Part shown: one piece after another, positions 47,471-59,630 of the stretch | How positions within the stretch are numbered: position 1 is the first letter of the stretch | Layout: each line of letters begins with the position of its first letter | Assembly (NCBI GenBank): GCA_963762145.1 | Contig: CAVXJS010000008.1 | Span: 64,001 to 128,000 of the forward strand | Origin: an uncultured Candidatus Rokubacteria bacterium | GTDB taxonomy: Bacteria; Methylomirabilota; Methylomirabilia; Rokubacteriales; CSP1-6 | Reading direction: 5' to 3' | Length of the DNA stretch: 64,000 nt | Made by a program: the position numbers and the translations under genes | The notes under the pieces: model-generated | The model's database searches: none | What the model was told of the DNA's origin: nothing | The model's input: the letters and a program-made list of their open reading frames with translations, nothing else

Positions 47471-50400
47471 CAGGCGCCGGGCCTCCGGCGGGCGACGCTG
47501 GTCGCCACCAGGTCGCGCACCTCGGCCAGCAGCTGCTCCCGGCCGTGGGTACCCTTCTGGAGGATCTTCTCGACGTGGCCGTTGAGGCGCTCGCGATCGT
47601 CGTGGGACAGGTCCTTGGCGGTGACGACCACGATGGGGATCGCGCGCCACGGCTCGTGGCGGCGGAACTCGGCGACGAACTCGAAGCCGTCCATCTCCGG
47701 CATCATCAGGTCGAGCAGGATGACGCTCGGCGAGGTGTCGCGCAGGCGTTCCAGCGCGACCCGCCCGTTCGGCGCCTCCACGACCGTATAGCCCTCGGGC
47801 TCCAGCATGCGCCGGAAGAGCTGACGGACCTCGACGTCGTCGTCCACCACGAGCACCGGCAGGTCGCGTCGGTGCTGCCTCAGCACCGTTACCAGGCGCT
47901 CGCGGTCGATCGGCTTGGTCAGGTAGTCGGAGGCTCCCAGAGCGTAGCCGAGGTTCCGGTCGTCGACGATCGTCAGCATGATCACCGGGATGTCGGCCAG
48001 GTCCGGGTCGGCCTTGAGGGCGGAGAGGACGGCCCAGCCGTCCATGCCCGGCATCATGACGTCGAGCGTGATCGCGTCCGGCCGCAGCTCCCGGGCTCGC
48101 CGGAGGCCCTCCTCGCCGCCCGCCGCGGTGACGATCCGGAAGCCCTCCTTGGTGAGGAACCGCTGCATCAGGTCTCGCACCGCCGCCTCGTCGTCGATCA
48201 CGAGCACCGTGCCGACACCGGGGGCCGCGCGCTCGGCCGGGCCGGCGAGGACCGGCGGCTCGACGGCTTCGGCCACCTCGGCCGGCAGCCGGATCGTGAA
48301 CGTGCTGCCCCTGCCCGCCTCGCTCTCGACGGTGACGTCGCCGCCCATCATGCGGCAGAGACGCCGGCTGATCGCCAGGCCGAGCCCGGTCCCGCCGTAC
48401 TTGCGGGTGGTGGCCGCGTCGGCCTGGGAGAACGCCTCGAACAGCCGCCCGAGCTGCTCCTCGGTCATGCCGATGCCGGTGTCGCTGACCGCGAAGACCA
48501 TCGAGTCCTGCCCACTCCCGGTCTCCCGGGTCACCGCCAGCGTGATCGTGCCGTGGTCGGTGAACTTGCAGGCGTTGGACAGCAGGTTGAACAGGGCCTG
48601 GCGGACCTTGGTCAGGTCCGCCTGCATCGGCCCGATGTCGTCGGGGCAGCGCACCACCAGCCTGTTCGCGTTCTTCTCGACCAGCGGCTGGATCATCGCC
48701 GCGACGTCGCGCACCAGGCCGGCCACCTCGAAGCTCTCGAGATACAGCTCCATCTTGCCCGCCTCGATCTTGGAGAGGTCGAGGATGTCGTTGATCAGCC
48801 CCAGCAGGTGCTTGCCCGCCGCGTTGATCTTCTGGAGATCGCGGTGAACTGCTCGGCCCCGAGGTCGTCCGCCTCCTCCTGGAGCATCTCGCTGTAGCCG
48901 ATGATGGCGTTCAGCGGCGTGCGCAGCTCGTGGGACATGTTGGCCAGGAACTCCGACTTGTGGCGGTCGGCCTCCTCGAGCTGGCGGCTCTTGTCCTCGA
49001 TCTCCTGGAAGAGGCGCGCGTTCTGGATCGCCAGCGCCGACTGGGTGGCGAAGGTCTGCAGCAGGTCGACCACCTCCGGGGAGAACTCCCGGGCGTCTTC
49101 TTGTTGACGGTGAGCGCGCCGATGAGATGCTCCTCCCGCGGAGCGGCACCGCCGAGCAGGGCGCGGTTTCCCGTCCGGAGCAGGACATCACGGAGTGGGC
49201 CACGGTACGCGCCTTCCAGGCCGATGTCGGGGATCTGGACCGGCTCCCGGGTCACGGCCATGCGCCCGCATGCGCCTTCGCCCGCGTCGGATCGGCGTGC
49301 GCCGGGACACCTCGATCACCTCCTCGGTCGAGGTTGTCGGTCGCCCGGAAGTGAACTCCTCGGTCCCCTCGTCGTACTCGCAGACCGAGCACGCCGTCGG
49401 CACCGGCGAGCTGGCTGGCGCGGGACACGATCGTGCTGAGCACCGTCTCGAGGTCGAGCGTCGAGCTGAGGGCCTGGCTGACCTCGCCCAGCGCCTGCAG
49501 CTCCTCGACCGAGCGGGTGAGCTCGGCGGTCCGCTCCTGCAGCTCGCTGAGCAGCCGGGCGTTCTCGATGGCGATGACCGCCTGGTCGGCGAAGGTCTCC
49601 AGCAGCGCGATCTGGCCGTCGGTGAACGGCCGGACCTCGTGCCGGTAGATCGATGATCACGCCCGAGCAGCTCGCCCGCTCGGACGCATCGGGATCGCCA
49701 TGACGGTCCGGTCAGCGTCGATCTGCTGCGCTCCGTAGCCGTACTCGGGATCGGCCGACGTCGTCGGCACGTGGACGGTCCGCCGCTCGAGCACCGCGCG
49801 CCCGGTGGCGCTGCCGCGGCCCGAGCGACGATGGGATCTGCTCGACGAACGCTCGAAGCTCCGGCGAGGCTGTGTGGGCGACCCGACGCGCAGATAGCTG
49901 CACCGTCGAACCGGAAGATCAACCCGCTCGGCCTCGCACAGCCGCACAGCATTCTCGGCGAGCGTCTCGAAGACCGGCTGGAGATCGAACGTGGAGCGCC
50001 CGATCACCTTGAGCATCTCGCTGGTCGCGGTCTGCTGCTCGAGCGCGACCCGCAGCTCGCTGTTGCGCTCCTCGAGCTCCTCGAACAGGCGCACGTTCTC
50101 GATGGCGATCACCGCCTGGTCGGCGAAGGTCTTGAGGAGCTCGACTGGCCGGCCGCGAACGCCCCCGGCTCTGACCGCTGGATGACGATGACCCCGATCG
50201 GCGTCGCCGTCGGCCCGGAGCATCGGGACCCCGAGCAGGCTCCGCCAGTCGCGTCTGGGCCGCGCATCTCTTGCGGATACTCCGCGTCGGCCGCGCACGT
50301 CCTGGATCTGCGCCGACGGCCCGGTCCAGGATCGCCCGCCCCGACGACCTGCGCCCGTGCGTCGGCGCATCGGGATAGACGCGCTGCAGCGCCGCGAGCG

Positions 50401-53400
50401 CCTCGGCGGCTGATCGTGATGCGCCGACCAGATGGAGACAGTCGCCGTCGAACTGAACACGGCGCCGGTCGCGGGCCCCGCGACAGCTGCACGCGCGCTC
50501 CGACGATCGTCGTCGAACACCGGCTGGACGTCGGTCGGCGAGCTGCTGATGACGCGCAGGATCTCGCTGGTCGCGGTCTGCTGCTCCAGCGCCTCGGTGA
50601 GGTCGGCGTTCTTGGCCTGCAGCTCGCTGAGCAGCCGCGCGTTCTCGATCGCGATCGCCGCCTGGTCGGCGAAGGTCTCCATCAGGGCGATCTGGCCGTC
50701 CGTGAACGGCCGGACCTCGAGCCGGTAGATGGTGATCACCCCGAGCAGCTCGCCCGCCCTGAGCATCGGAACCGCCAGCGCGGTCCGGATCGGGTCATGT
50801 GCCGGAGCCCGAACGCGTACTCGGGGTCGGCCTGACGGCGTCGTGGATGTGGACGGTACGCCGCTCGAGGGCGGCCCGCGCCGGACCGCTGCCGCGGCCG
50901 GGCGTAATGGGATTCCGCTCGACGAACTCCCTGAGCTCGGGGGGGGCGTTGTGGGTGACCACCGACTCGCAGGACCTGCCGTCGGGCCGCCAGACGAACG
51001 CGCGCTCGGCCTCGCACAGGCGGACCGCGTTCTCGGCCAGCGTCTCGAAGACCGGCTGCAGGTCGAAGGTGGACCGGCCGATCACCTTGAGCAGCTCGCT
51101 GGTCGCGGTCTGCTGCTCGAGCGCGACCCGCAGCTCGCTGTTGCGCGCCTCCAGCTCGGTGAAGAGGCGGACGTTCTCGATCGCGATCACCGCCTGCTCG
51201 GCGAAGGTCTGGAGCAGCGCGATCTGATTCGGTCGGGAACGGCCGCGGCTCGACCGCGCCGGATGACGATTGCCCCGATCGCGGCGCCCTCCCGCAGCAT
51301 GGGAACCGCGAGCATGGCTGCGCGCAGCCTCCCAGCGTGGCCACTCTCTGCTGATACTCGGGGTCGGTCAGGGTGTCCTCGATGTCGCACCGACCGCCGC
51401 GCTCAGGACGGCCCGGCCCGCCGCGTGCTGCCGGTTCGGCCGATCGGGTACAGAGCCTTCGCAGCAGCTCGAGGAGCTCACCGGTCACGTTGTGGTGCAG
51501 CGCGACCAGGTGCATGCGCTCGCCATCGAATCGGTAGAGCACGACAGAAGCGGCGCCGCACAGACGCAGGCGCGCTGTCCGACGATCGCGTCGAAGACCG
51601 GCTGCACGTCGGTCGGCGAGCCGGAGATCACGCGCAAGATCTCGGCTGGTGGCCGTCTGCTGCTCCAGGGCATCGGTGAGGTCGGCGTTGCGCGCCTCGC
51701 AGCTCCGTGAACAGCCGCACGTTCTCGATCGCGATGACCGCCTGGTCGGCGAAGGTCTGGAGCAGCTCGATCTGCTGCTCGGTGAAGGGTCTGACGATCC
51801 GGCGCGCCAGCGTGATGGCGCCCAGCGCGCGACCGTCGCGGATCAGCGGAACGGAGAGGACGGTCCGATAGATCCGGCGGAGCGGCCTCCTCGAGCTCGG
51901 GGTCCTCCCGGACATCGGCGATGTGCACCGCGGCCGCGCTCAGGATGGCCCGGGCGGTCGGGCTCTGGCGCGCCGGCGCCTGGGGGAACGACCCCCGGGC
52001 CGACTCGATCTCCGTCGAGGTACGGCCGTGGTGAGCCACGAAGTGGATCAGCTCGCCGTCGAAGCGGAAGAGGCTGGCGGTATCCGCCTCGCACAGCCCG
52101 GTCGCCGAGGTGGCGATGGCCTCGAAGGTCGGCTGGATCTCGGTCGGCGAGCCCGAGATCACCCGCAGGATCTCGGCGGTCGCGGTCTGCTGCTCCAGCG
52201 CGACCCGCAGCTCGGCGTTGCGCGCCTCCAGCTCCGTGAACAGGCGGACGTTCTCGATCGCGATGACCGCCTGGTCGGCGAAGGTCTCGAGGAGCCTCAC
52301 CTGCTTGTCGGAGAAGGGCAGAGCTCTCCATGCGCCGGATCAAGATCGCGCCGAGGGCGACGCCCTCGCGCAGCAATGGCACGGCCAGCGTCGTCGTGGT
52401 GGCCGGTCTGCCGCTGGTCGAGTTTCCCTTCCGGATACTCGGAGTCCGACTCCGCCGCGAGGTCGTGTACGTGAATGGTCCGCCGATCGACCACGGCGCG
52501 CCCGGTCACCGCACCCGCGACCGATCGGCTCGACTCTCATAGGTGCGCAGCGACCGGCCCATGATGCCGCCACTCGCACGAGGGATCCGTCCTCCACGCG
52601 GAAAATCGCCCGCGTCGATGGCGCCGCACAACCTGCGCCGCGTTCTCGGCCGATCGCGTCGAGGACCGGCTGGAGATCGGTCGGCGAGCTCGAGATGACG
52701 CGCAGGATCTCGCTGGTCGCCGTCTGCTGCTCCAGGGCCTCGGTGAGGTCGGCGTTCCTGCTCTGCAGCTCGGTGAGCAGCCGCGCGTTCTCAATGGCGA
52801 TCACCGCCTGGTCGGCGAAGGTGGCGACGAGGTCGATCTGCTTGTCGGTGAACGCGCGGACCTCGGTCCGCCACATGAAGAACAGTCCGATCAGCTCGTC
52901 CTGCCTCAGCATGGGGACGGCCAGCACGGTCCGGTAGCCGCCGAGCCGCTGCGCCTCGTGCTGCTCCCACTCGAGATCGGCGACCGTGTCGAGGATGTGG
53001 ACGGTCCGGCGCTCGATGGCGGCCCGCCCGATCGCGGAGCCGCGTCCGGGCCGAATCACGTTCCGTCGCCAGAACTCGCTGAACGCGGGGCTGGCCCCAT
53101 GCTCCGCGAGGAACCGAAACACCTCGCCGTCGAACCGCGCGATGAGCGCTCCCTCGGCCCCGGCCAGCCGAGCCGCGTTCTCGACCAGGGTCTCGAGCAC
53201 CGGCTGGAGATCGAACGTCGAGCGGCTGATCACCTTGAGCACTTCGCTGGTGGCCGTCTGCTGCTCGAGGGCCAGTCTCAGCTCATTGTTCCGCACCTCC
53301 AGCTCGCTGAACAGCCGCACGTTCTCGATGGCGATCACCGCCTGGTCAGCGAAGGTCTGGAGCAGGGCGACCTGACGCTCGGTGAAGGGTCGCGCCTCGG

Positions 53401-55546
53401 TGCGGCGAACGCCGATCATGCCGATGGCAACTCCCTCTCGGAGCAAGGGGACGCCCAGTATCGTCCGATGGCCCAGGCGCCTCGCGGTCTCGCTACCCTC
53501 CGGGAACTCGGCCTCGGCAGCCTGGATATCGGCCACGTGAACGGTCCGGCCATCGAGAATGGTTCGGCCGTTGACCGTTCCCCGGATGACCGGGATGGTG
53601 GCCGGGGGAGGAATCGGGCCATGATGGGCGGCGAGGTGTGTGAGGTCTCCGTCCCGGCGGAACACCGCGGCGTCCAGCGAGTCGCAGAGACGCGCGGCAC
53701 TCTCCGCGACCACGTCGAAGACCGGCTGGACGTCGGTCGGCGAGCGCGAGATGACACGCAGGATCTCGCTCGTCGCGGTCTGCTGTTCCAGGGACTCGGT
53801 GAGGTCGGCATTTCTCGCCTGCAGCTCGCCGAGCAGGCGCGCGTTCTCCACCGCGATCACCGCCTGGTCGGCAAACGTCCGGAGCAGCGCGATCTCGGCG
53901 GACGCGAACCCCCCCGCCGGCGCCCGGGTGACCGCGACCACTCCGACCACGTCCTCGCCGCGCAACATCGGCACCGCGACGGCCGAGCGAAAGCCGTGTG
54001 CCCGGGCCTCCTCCTGGAACCTCACGCTCCAGGAGCGGTCCGCGTCCGTGTCGACGATGTGCTGCACGGTCCGCGTCAGCACCGTGCGGCCCGAGAGCGA
54101 GCCCTCCATCGGAGGGTGCGGGACGCCGCGCGCCTCGATGAAGGGCGCGACACTCCCGGGCGAGCCGCCCCGTGCCGCGGCCAGGCGGATGAGATTGTCC
54201 TCCCCGTCGAAGGCCCACACCGAGACCGCCCAGGCTTGGAGCAGCCGCATGCTGCTGTCCGCGATGGCCTCGAAGACCGGCTGGACGTCGGCCCGGGCGT
54301 GGCTGATCGCGCGAAGGATCTCGGCGGTGGCGGTCTGACGGTCGAGGGCGTCCGTCAGGTCGCGGTTGCGGCCCTCCAGCTCCCTGAACAGGCGGACGTT
54401 CTCGATGGCGATGACGGCCTGGTCGGCGAAGGTCTTCACCAGCGCGATCTGGCTCTCGGAGAACGCCCGTGGCTCAGCCCGCGAGATCCGGATCACTCCG
54501 ATCGGCGTGCCTTCGCGCAGCATCGGGACCGCCAGGGCAGACCGATAGCCGATAGCGCGGGCGGTCTCCCCCGCCTGTCGGTACTCCGGATTGTCCATCA
54601 CATCGGCCACGTGGATGATGGTCCGATCCAGGATCGCCAGGCCCACCCAGGTCTCGCGGGTCGCGCGACTGGGGAACATGCGCCGAAGGGCCTCGAGCCC
54701 GTCGCCCCGGAGGTTGTGATGAGCAACAAGGCTGATCATCTCTCCATCGAAGCGATAGAGCGCACCGAAGAGCCCTTCGCAGAGTCTGACCGCGCTCTGG
54801 ACGATCGCCTCGTAGACCGGCTGGACGTCGGTCGGCGAGCTCGCGATGACGCGCAGGATTCCGGAAGTGGAGGTCTGCTGCTCCAGCGCCTCGGCGAGGT
54901 CCGCGTTTCGGGTCTGGAGCTCGCTCAGCAGGCGCGCGTTCTCGATCGCGATCGTCGCCTGGTCGGCGAACGTCTGCGCCAGCGAAAGCTCGGCGGGCGT
55001 GAAGCCACCCACCTGCGTCCGGGCGATCCCGATCAGACCAGCGACCGCACCCGCACCGAGCATCGGCACCACCACGAGGGCGCGGAAGCCACGCAATCTG
55101 GCCTGTTCACGGATCCGCGGACCCCAGGATGGATCGGTGTCCACGTCGACGATATGCTGCACGGTTCGGGTGAGCACCGCCCGGCCTTGAGGCGTGTCCT
55201 CGCTCGGGGGACGCGGCGCCCCAAGCTCCGCCAGGAACACCTCGCTGCTGCCAGGCAGCCCTCCCCGCGCCGTCACCATCCGGATGAGCCCGCCCTCGTA
55301 CCGGAAGACCGTGACCGACCAAGCGCCGAAGAGCCGCATCGCGCTGTCGGCGATGCCCTCGAAGACCGGCTGGACGTCCGCCGGCGCACCCGCGATCACC
55401 TTCAATATCTCGCCGGTGGCGGCCTGGCGCTCCAGCGCCTCGGTCAGCGCGTGCTCGAACCGGGCGCTCTTCGCCCGCTCCTCCACGAGCGAGGCCTGGA
55501 GAGCGTCGACCAGCGCCGCGAGCTCAGTCCGATCGTGTGAGGCCAT
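47470..55546 (-). CDS. Giant 12xGAF hybrid histidine kinase (HisKA-HATPase-REC-REC), about 2,700 aa, frameshifted at 48.8-52.7 kb
   Basis: Twelve TFA(D/E/T)Q..IAI(E/Q)NxRL motifs at ~540-bp spacing; [31 protein letters not shown], two REC domains. Confidence 0.85.
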
Positions 55547-55582
55547 CGCCTGACTCCGAGAAGGGCAGATTGGAGCCGGGAC

Positions 55583-55591
55583 ACTCTAGCA
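55583..55591 (-). promoter_or_regulatory. Candidate extended -10 for the GAF kinase operon
   Basis: Minus-strand TG-C-TAGAGT 36 nt before the ATG; GGAG RBS. Confidence 0.4.
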
Positions 55592-55594
55592 CAG

Positions 55595-56668
55595 CTATCC
55601 GCGCGCCTTCTTCTCGCGCACTCTCGCCTCACGCGCGTAGAGGCGCAGCACCGCGACCGCGAGGGCCATGATCACCGGACCCGCGATCAGGCCCATCAGG
55701 CCCATCACCTCGAGCCCGCCGAACAGGGCGAGGAAGGTCAGGATCACGGGCATCTCCTCGTCGCCCACGAGGCGCGGTCGGATCACGTAGTCGCTGAAGC
55801 CCACCACGACCAGCGCGCCCCACAGCAGCTCCACCACGCCCATGGCCGGGCTTCCGACCGCGAAGAGGTAGATGCCCGCGGGAATCCAGATCAGCAGCGT
55901 GCCCACCGCGGGGACCAGCGAGGCGATCGCGGTCGCCACCGCCAGGAAGAGTGGGGTTGGCACGCCGGTGATCCAGTAGCCGAGGCCGGCGAGGGCGCCC
56001 TGGGCGAGACCGGTGACGATCGTGCCGGAGAGCGTCAGGCGCCCGACCCGTCGGAACTCCTCCAGCAGCGCGCGGGTGTACTCGTGGCGCAGCGGGGAGA
56101 CACCCTCGGCCGTCGCGACCATGCGCGGCCAGTGGCGGAGGATCACGTGCATGGTCAACAGGGCGAAGAAGAGCCCGAGCAGGGTCCGGACGGTGACCGA
56201 GGCGGCCGTGCCCGCGACCGCCGCCGACCCCGAGGCGATCTCGGTGGCGGCACCCTCGAGGCGCTGCCGCAGGTTCTCGGTGGAGATGCCGAACCGGCCG
56301 AGCCAGCCCGTCACCGCGTCGAGCCAGCCGATGAGAGCCCCTCCCGGCTTGAGTCCCTCGCGCGCCGCGGCGATCAGCGCGACCGCCTGGGTCACGAAGG
56401 ACGACACGAAGGCCACCACCGCGCCGACGATGACGAGCCCCGTCGCGAGCACGGTGGCGACCGAGGCGAGCAGCGGACGGCGGCTCCAGCGCGCCAGGCG
56501 GTCGTACACCGGCTCGAGCGTGAAGCCCATCAGCGCGCCCAGCAGGAGGCCCGTGGCAAAGAGATGCGAGAGCCAGGCGATGATCAGCAGCGCGGCGGCC
56601 GCCAGCCAGGCGAGGGCCCGCCCCGGCGTTCCGCGGCCCGGCTCCGGAGGGATGGCGGCCACCGTCAC
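55595..56668 (-). CDS. AI-2E (UPF0118) family transporter
   Basis: LEPVYDRL, AQGALAG, SLVPAVG, DYVIRPRLVG, GLMGLIAGP. Confidence 0.88.
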   Translation of the reverse strand: MTVAAIPPEPGRGTPGRALAWLAAAALLIIAWLSHLFATGLLLGALMGFTLEPVYDRLARWSRRPLLASVATVLATGLVIVGAVVAFVSSFVTQAVALIAAAREGLKPGGALIGWLDAVTGWLGRFGISTENLRQRLEGAATEIASGSAAVAGTAASVTVRTLLGLFFALLTMHVILRHWPRMVATAEGVSPLRHEYTRALLEEFRRVGRLTLSGTIVTGLAQGALAGLGYWITGVPTPLFLAVATAIASLVPAVGTLLIWIPAGIYLFAVGSPAMGVVELLWGALVVVGFSDYVIRPRLVGDEEMPVILTFLALFGGLEVMGLMGLIAGPVIMALAVAVLRLYAREARVREKKARG

Positions 56669-57963
56669 CGCATCAGGCTCGGAAGCCAGAGGGAGATGAT
56701 GGGAAAGGCCACCAGGATGGCGAGGCGGAGCACGTCGGCCCACATGAAGGGCATCACGCCGCGGAAGACGGTGCCGGTGGAGATGTGGGGCAGCAGGCTC
56801 TTCAGCACGAACATGTTCATGCCCACCGGCGGGCTGATGAGCCCGATCTCGACCACGCAGACGATGATGATGCCGAACCACACCGGGTCGAGGCCCAGGT
56901 GCACGATCACCGGGAAGAAGACCGGCATGGTCAGCAGGACCATGGACAGCTCCTCCATCGCGCTGCCCAGCACCACGTAGATCACGCAGATGGCCGCCAC
57001 CACCATCAACGGGCTCAGCCCCAGCGTCGAGACGAGCGTCTTGAGGTCGGCGGGCATGGTGGTGATGTTGACGAACTCCGCGAACATCAGCGCCCCGATC
57101 AGGATCATGAACAGCATGGCGGTGGTGCGCGCGGACTCGAGCAGGGCCGCGTAGAGCGTCTGCCAGGTGAGCGCCCGGCGCGCCCCCGCAAAGACGAGCG
57201 CGCCCATCGCCCCCATCCCCGCCCCCTCGGTGGCGGTGAAGAGGCCGCCGTAGATGCCGCCCATGACGAACACGAAGAGCGCCGCGACCGCCCAGACGTC
57301 CTTCAATGCGCTCAATCGCTCGCCCCAGCTCGACCGCGGGCCGCGCGGGCCCCAGTCCGGATGCCGCCAGGTGGTGCAGACGATGGCCCCGCAGAGCAGC
57401 ACCGCGCCGAGAATGCCCGGCAGCACGCCCGCGGCGAAGAGCTTGCCGATATTGGTCTCGGTGAAGACACCGTAGATGATCATGATCGTGGACGGCGGGA
57501 TCATGATCCCCAGCGTACCGGCCCCCGCCACCGTACCGGCCGCGAGCTGATCGTGGTAGCCGAAGCGCTTCATGGACGGGTAGGCCACCTTGGCCATGGT
57601 GGCCGCGGTCGCGATGGATGACCCGCAGATGCCCCCGAACCCCGCCGAGGCCCACACGGTGGCCATGGCGAGGCCGCCGCGCAGGTGGCCGATGAAGGCA
57701 TAGGCGGCGCGAAAGAGCTCCTGCGACATCCCGGCGCGGGTCACGAGGTTGCCCATGAGGATGAAGAGCGGCACCACCGAGAGCGTGTAGTTCCGGCCCG
57801 TCTCGTAGATCTTGGTCTGGGCGGTGGCGAAAGCGACCCACCAGTTCCAGTCGCGCATGTAGGCGTAGCCGAGGATGCCCACGATCCCCATCGCGTACGC
57901 GATGGGGATGCGCAGGAAGGCCAGCGCCATCATGAGGCCCAGGCCCACCAGCCCCTCGATCAC
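56665..57963 (-). CDS. dctM: TRAP transporter large permease
   Basis: VPLFILMG, GGLAMAT, GSSIAT, IPPS, FTATE, SPPVG. Confidence 0.93.
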   Translation of the reverse strand: MIEGLVGLGLMMALAFLRIPIAYAMGIVGILGYAYMRDWNWWVAFATAQTKIYETGRNYTLSVVPLFILMGNLVTRAGMSQELFRAAYAFIGHLRGGLAMATVWASAGFGGICGSSIATAATMAKVAYPSMKRFGYHDQLAAGTVAGAGTLGIMIPPSTIMIIYGVFTETNIGKLFAAGVLPGILGAVLLCGAIVCTTWRHPDWGPRGPRSSWGERLSALKDVWAVAALFVFVMGGIYGGLFTATEGAGMGAMGALVFAGARRALTWQTLYAALLESARTTAMLFMILIGALMFAEFVNITTMPADLKTLVSTLGLSPLMVVAAICVIYVVLGSAMEELSMVLLTMPVFFPVIVHLGLDPVWFGIIIVCVVEIGLISPPVGMNMFVLKSLLPHISTGTVFRGVMPFMWADVLRLAILVAFPIISLWLPSLMR

Positions 57964-58427
57964 CGGCGGGCCGCCATCTTGTAGAGGTGGATCACCCCGG
58001 TGAGCGCGATGGCAATGGCCATGAAGTAGACGAACGGGCCGTAGACGATGCGCAACACGTCGGTCGCGTCCCGGTAGGCCCAGATGCGGTCGGCCTTCAG
58101 CCACACCAGCCAGGCGAGCAGGAACATGGTCGCCGCGCACACGCCCTGCACCAGGCGCTCGAGCCGGACGGTGCCGCGCGGGCCCAGCAGTCGGTCGATG
58201 AAGTCCATGAGAGCGTGCTCGTCGGAGTAGGTGACGAGCGGCAGACCCGCGAAGATCAGCACCAGCAGCAACAGCTCGGTCACCTCGAAGGCGCCCGCGA
58301 TCGGCCGGTTGAACAGGTAGCGAGCGACCACGTCCACGAAGGTGAGGCACATCATGACCAGCAAGATGAGGGCGGCGGCGATGCCGAGGAGGCCCTCGAC
58401 GCGCCGCCCCCACTCGGCGCGAATCAC
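57960..58427 (-). CDS. dctQ: TRAP transporter small permease
   Basis: DVVARYLFNRPI..EVTE; 4 TM; coupled to dctP and dctM. Confidence 0.9.
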   Translation of the reverse strand: MIRAEWGRRVEGLLGIAAALILLVMMCLTFVDVVARYLFNRPIAGAFEVTELLLLVLIFAGLPLVTYSDEHALMDFIDRLLGPRGTVRLERLVQGVCAATMFLLAWLVWLKADRIWAYRDATDVLRIVYGPFVYFMAIAIALTGVIHLYKMAARR

Positions 58428-59464
58428 TTCTCGGCGGCGACCTTCTTCAGCTCGGCCCGGAACTCGGCCAGGATCTTGGCCGCGTCGACGCCCTTGGCGG
58501 AGGCCTTCTTGATCCAGTCCTCCACGATGGGCGCGGAGCGCTTCTGCACTTCCGCCGTGAAGGCGGCGTCCGCGTTCACGATCTTCACGCCCGACTTCTT
58601 GAGCGCCTCGAGTCCCTTCGCGTCCGCCTCGTCCCAGGAGCGGCCGGCCAGGCGGGCGATGTGCTCGCCCGAGAGCTTGGTGATCGCGTCCTGGTCCTGC
58701 TTGGGCAGCTTGTTCCACTTGTCCTCGTTCATGAAGAAGCCGAAGGCGGAGCTGTACATGCCGCCCGGGAAGAGCGTGGCCTGCTCGAGGACGGTCTCGA
58801 GCTTGAACGACACGATCGACTCGAGCGGGAAGAACACGCCGTCGGCCACGCCGCCCTTGAGCAGCTCGTAGGATTCGGGCGCCGGCTTCACGAACGCGGA
58901 CATCCCCAGCGCCTTGGCCACCGCCTCCGCGATCCCACCGCCGGTGCGGACCTTGAGGCCCTGCACGTCGCCGATGCCGGTCACCGCCTTCTTGGTGAAC
59001 ATCTGGCCGGGGCCGTGGGTGAACACGCCGAGCAGCTTGACGCCCTTGTACTCGCCGACCTCCTGGAAGTACTTCCAGTAGACGCGGGAGTAGGCTATCG
59101 AGTTGACCAGCGCGGTATCGCCCGCCCCGGGCAGCTCCGGCATCAGCGGCAGGATGTGCCGCGCCGGCGTGTAGCTCGCGGTGACGTAGGAGAGATCCAC
59201 GAGGCCGTCCCGCACCGCGTCGAAGGTGCCGGGCGGCGCCGACGGGTGCTTCGGCAGCATGGTGAACTTGACGCGGCCGTTGGTGGCCTTCTCCACCTCG
59301 GTCGCCCAGCCCTGCAGCACGACGCTGGTCAGGTGGTGCTGGGGCGACACCCACGAGGACATCGTGAGCGTGGTGGTCTGCGCGAGCGCGGGCGCGGCCG
59401 TGACGGCCAGGGCCAGCGCGGCCAGCCCCAGCTCGGCCAGAACGACTTTCAGCACATTCGCCAT
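58424..59464 (-). CDS. dctP: TRAP transporter substrate-binding protein
   Basis: Start MANVLK; ATNGRV, GLKVR, YELLKGGVADG, MNEDKWNKLP. Confidence 0.9.
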   Translation of the reverse strand: MANVLKVVLAELGLAALALAVTAAPALAQTTTLTMSSWVSPQHHLTSVVLQGWATEVEKATNGRVKFTMLPKHPSAPPGTFDAVRDGLVDLSYVTASYTPARHILPLMPELPGAGDTALVNSIAYSRVYWKYFQEVGEYKGVKLLGVFTHGPGQMFTKKAVTGIGDVQGLKVRTGGGIAEAVAKALGMSAFVKPAPESYELLKGGVADGVFFPLESIVSFKLETVLEQATLFPGGMYSSAFGFFMNEDKWNKLPKQDQDAITKLSGEHIARLAGRSWDEADAKGLEALKKSGVKIVNADAAFTAEVQKRSAPIVEDWIKKASAKGVDAAKILAEFRAELKKVAAEK

Positions 59465-59630
59465 GTGGTCTCCCCTCCAGGTGGGCGTGACGGCTCTCGG
59501 CGGACGGTAGTGTATCGCAGGTCCGGCGGCCCCGGGGATACCCTTGCGCACGCGCCGGGGGCGCGGTAGAAGGAAGGTCCATGAAACAGACCGGCGCCTC
59601 CAGCTTCCGTCCGCAGTAGCTCGCTCCCCG

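Noticed and set aside
49000-55500. GAF repeats as a diversity-generating retroelement TR/VR pair
   Set aside because: No reverse transcriptase in the window, and no adenine-specific mismatch pattern noticed between units.
52958-55540. Long antisense and alternate-frame ORFs throughout the window (for example this 860-aa ORF)
   Set aside because: Expected in ~70% GC DNA. They are Arg/Gly/Ala/Pro-rich, lack motifs and overlap well-supported genes.
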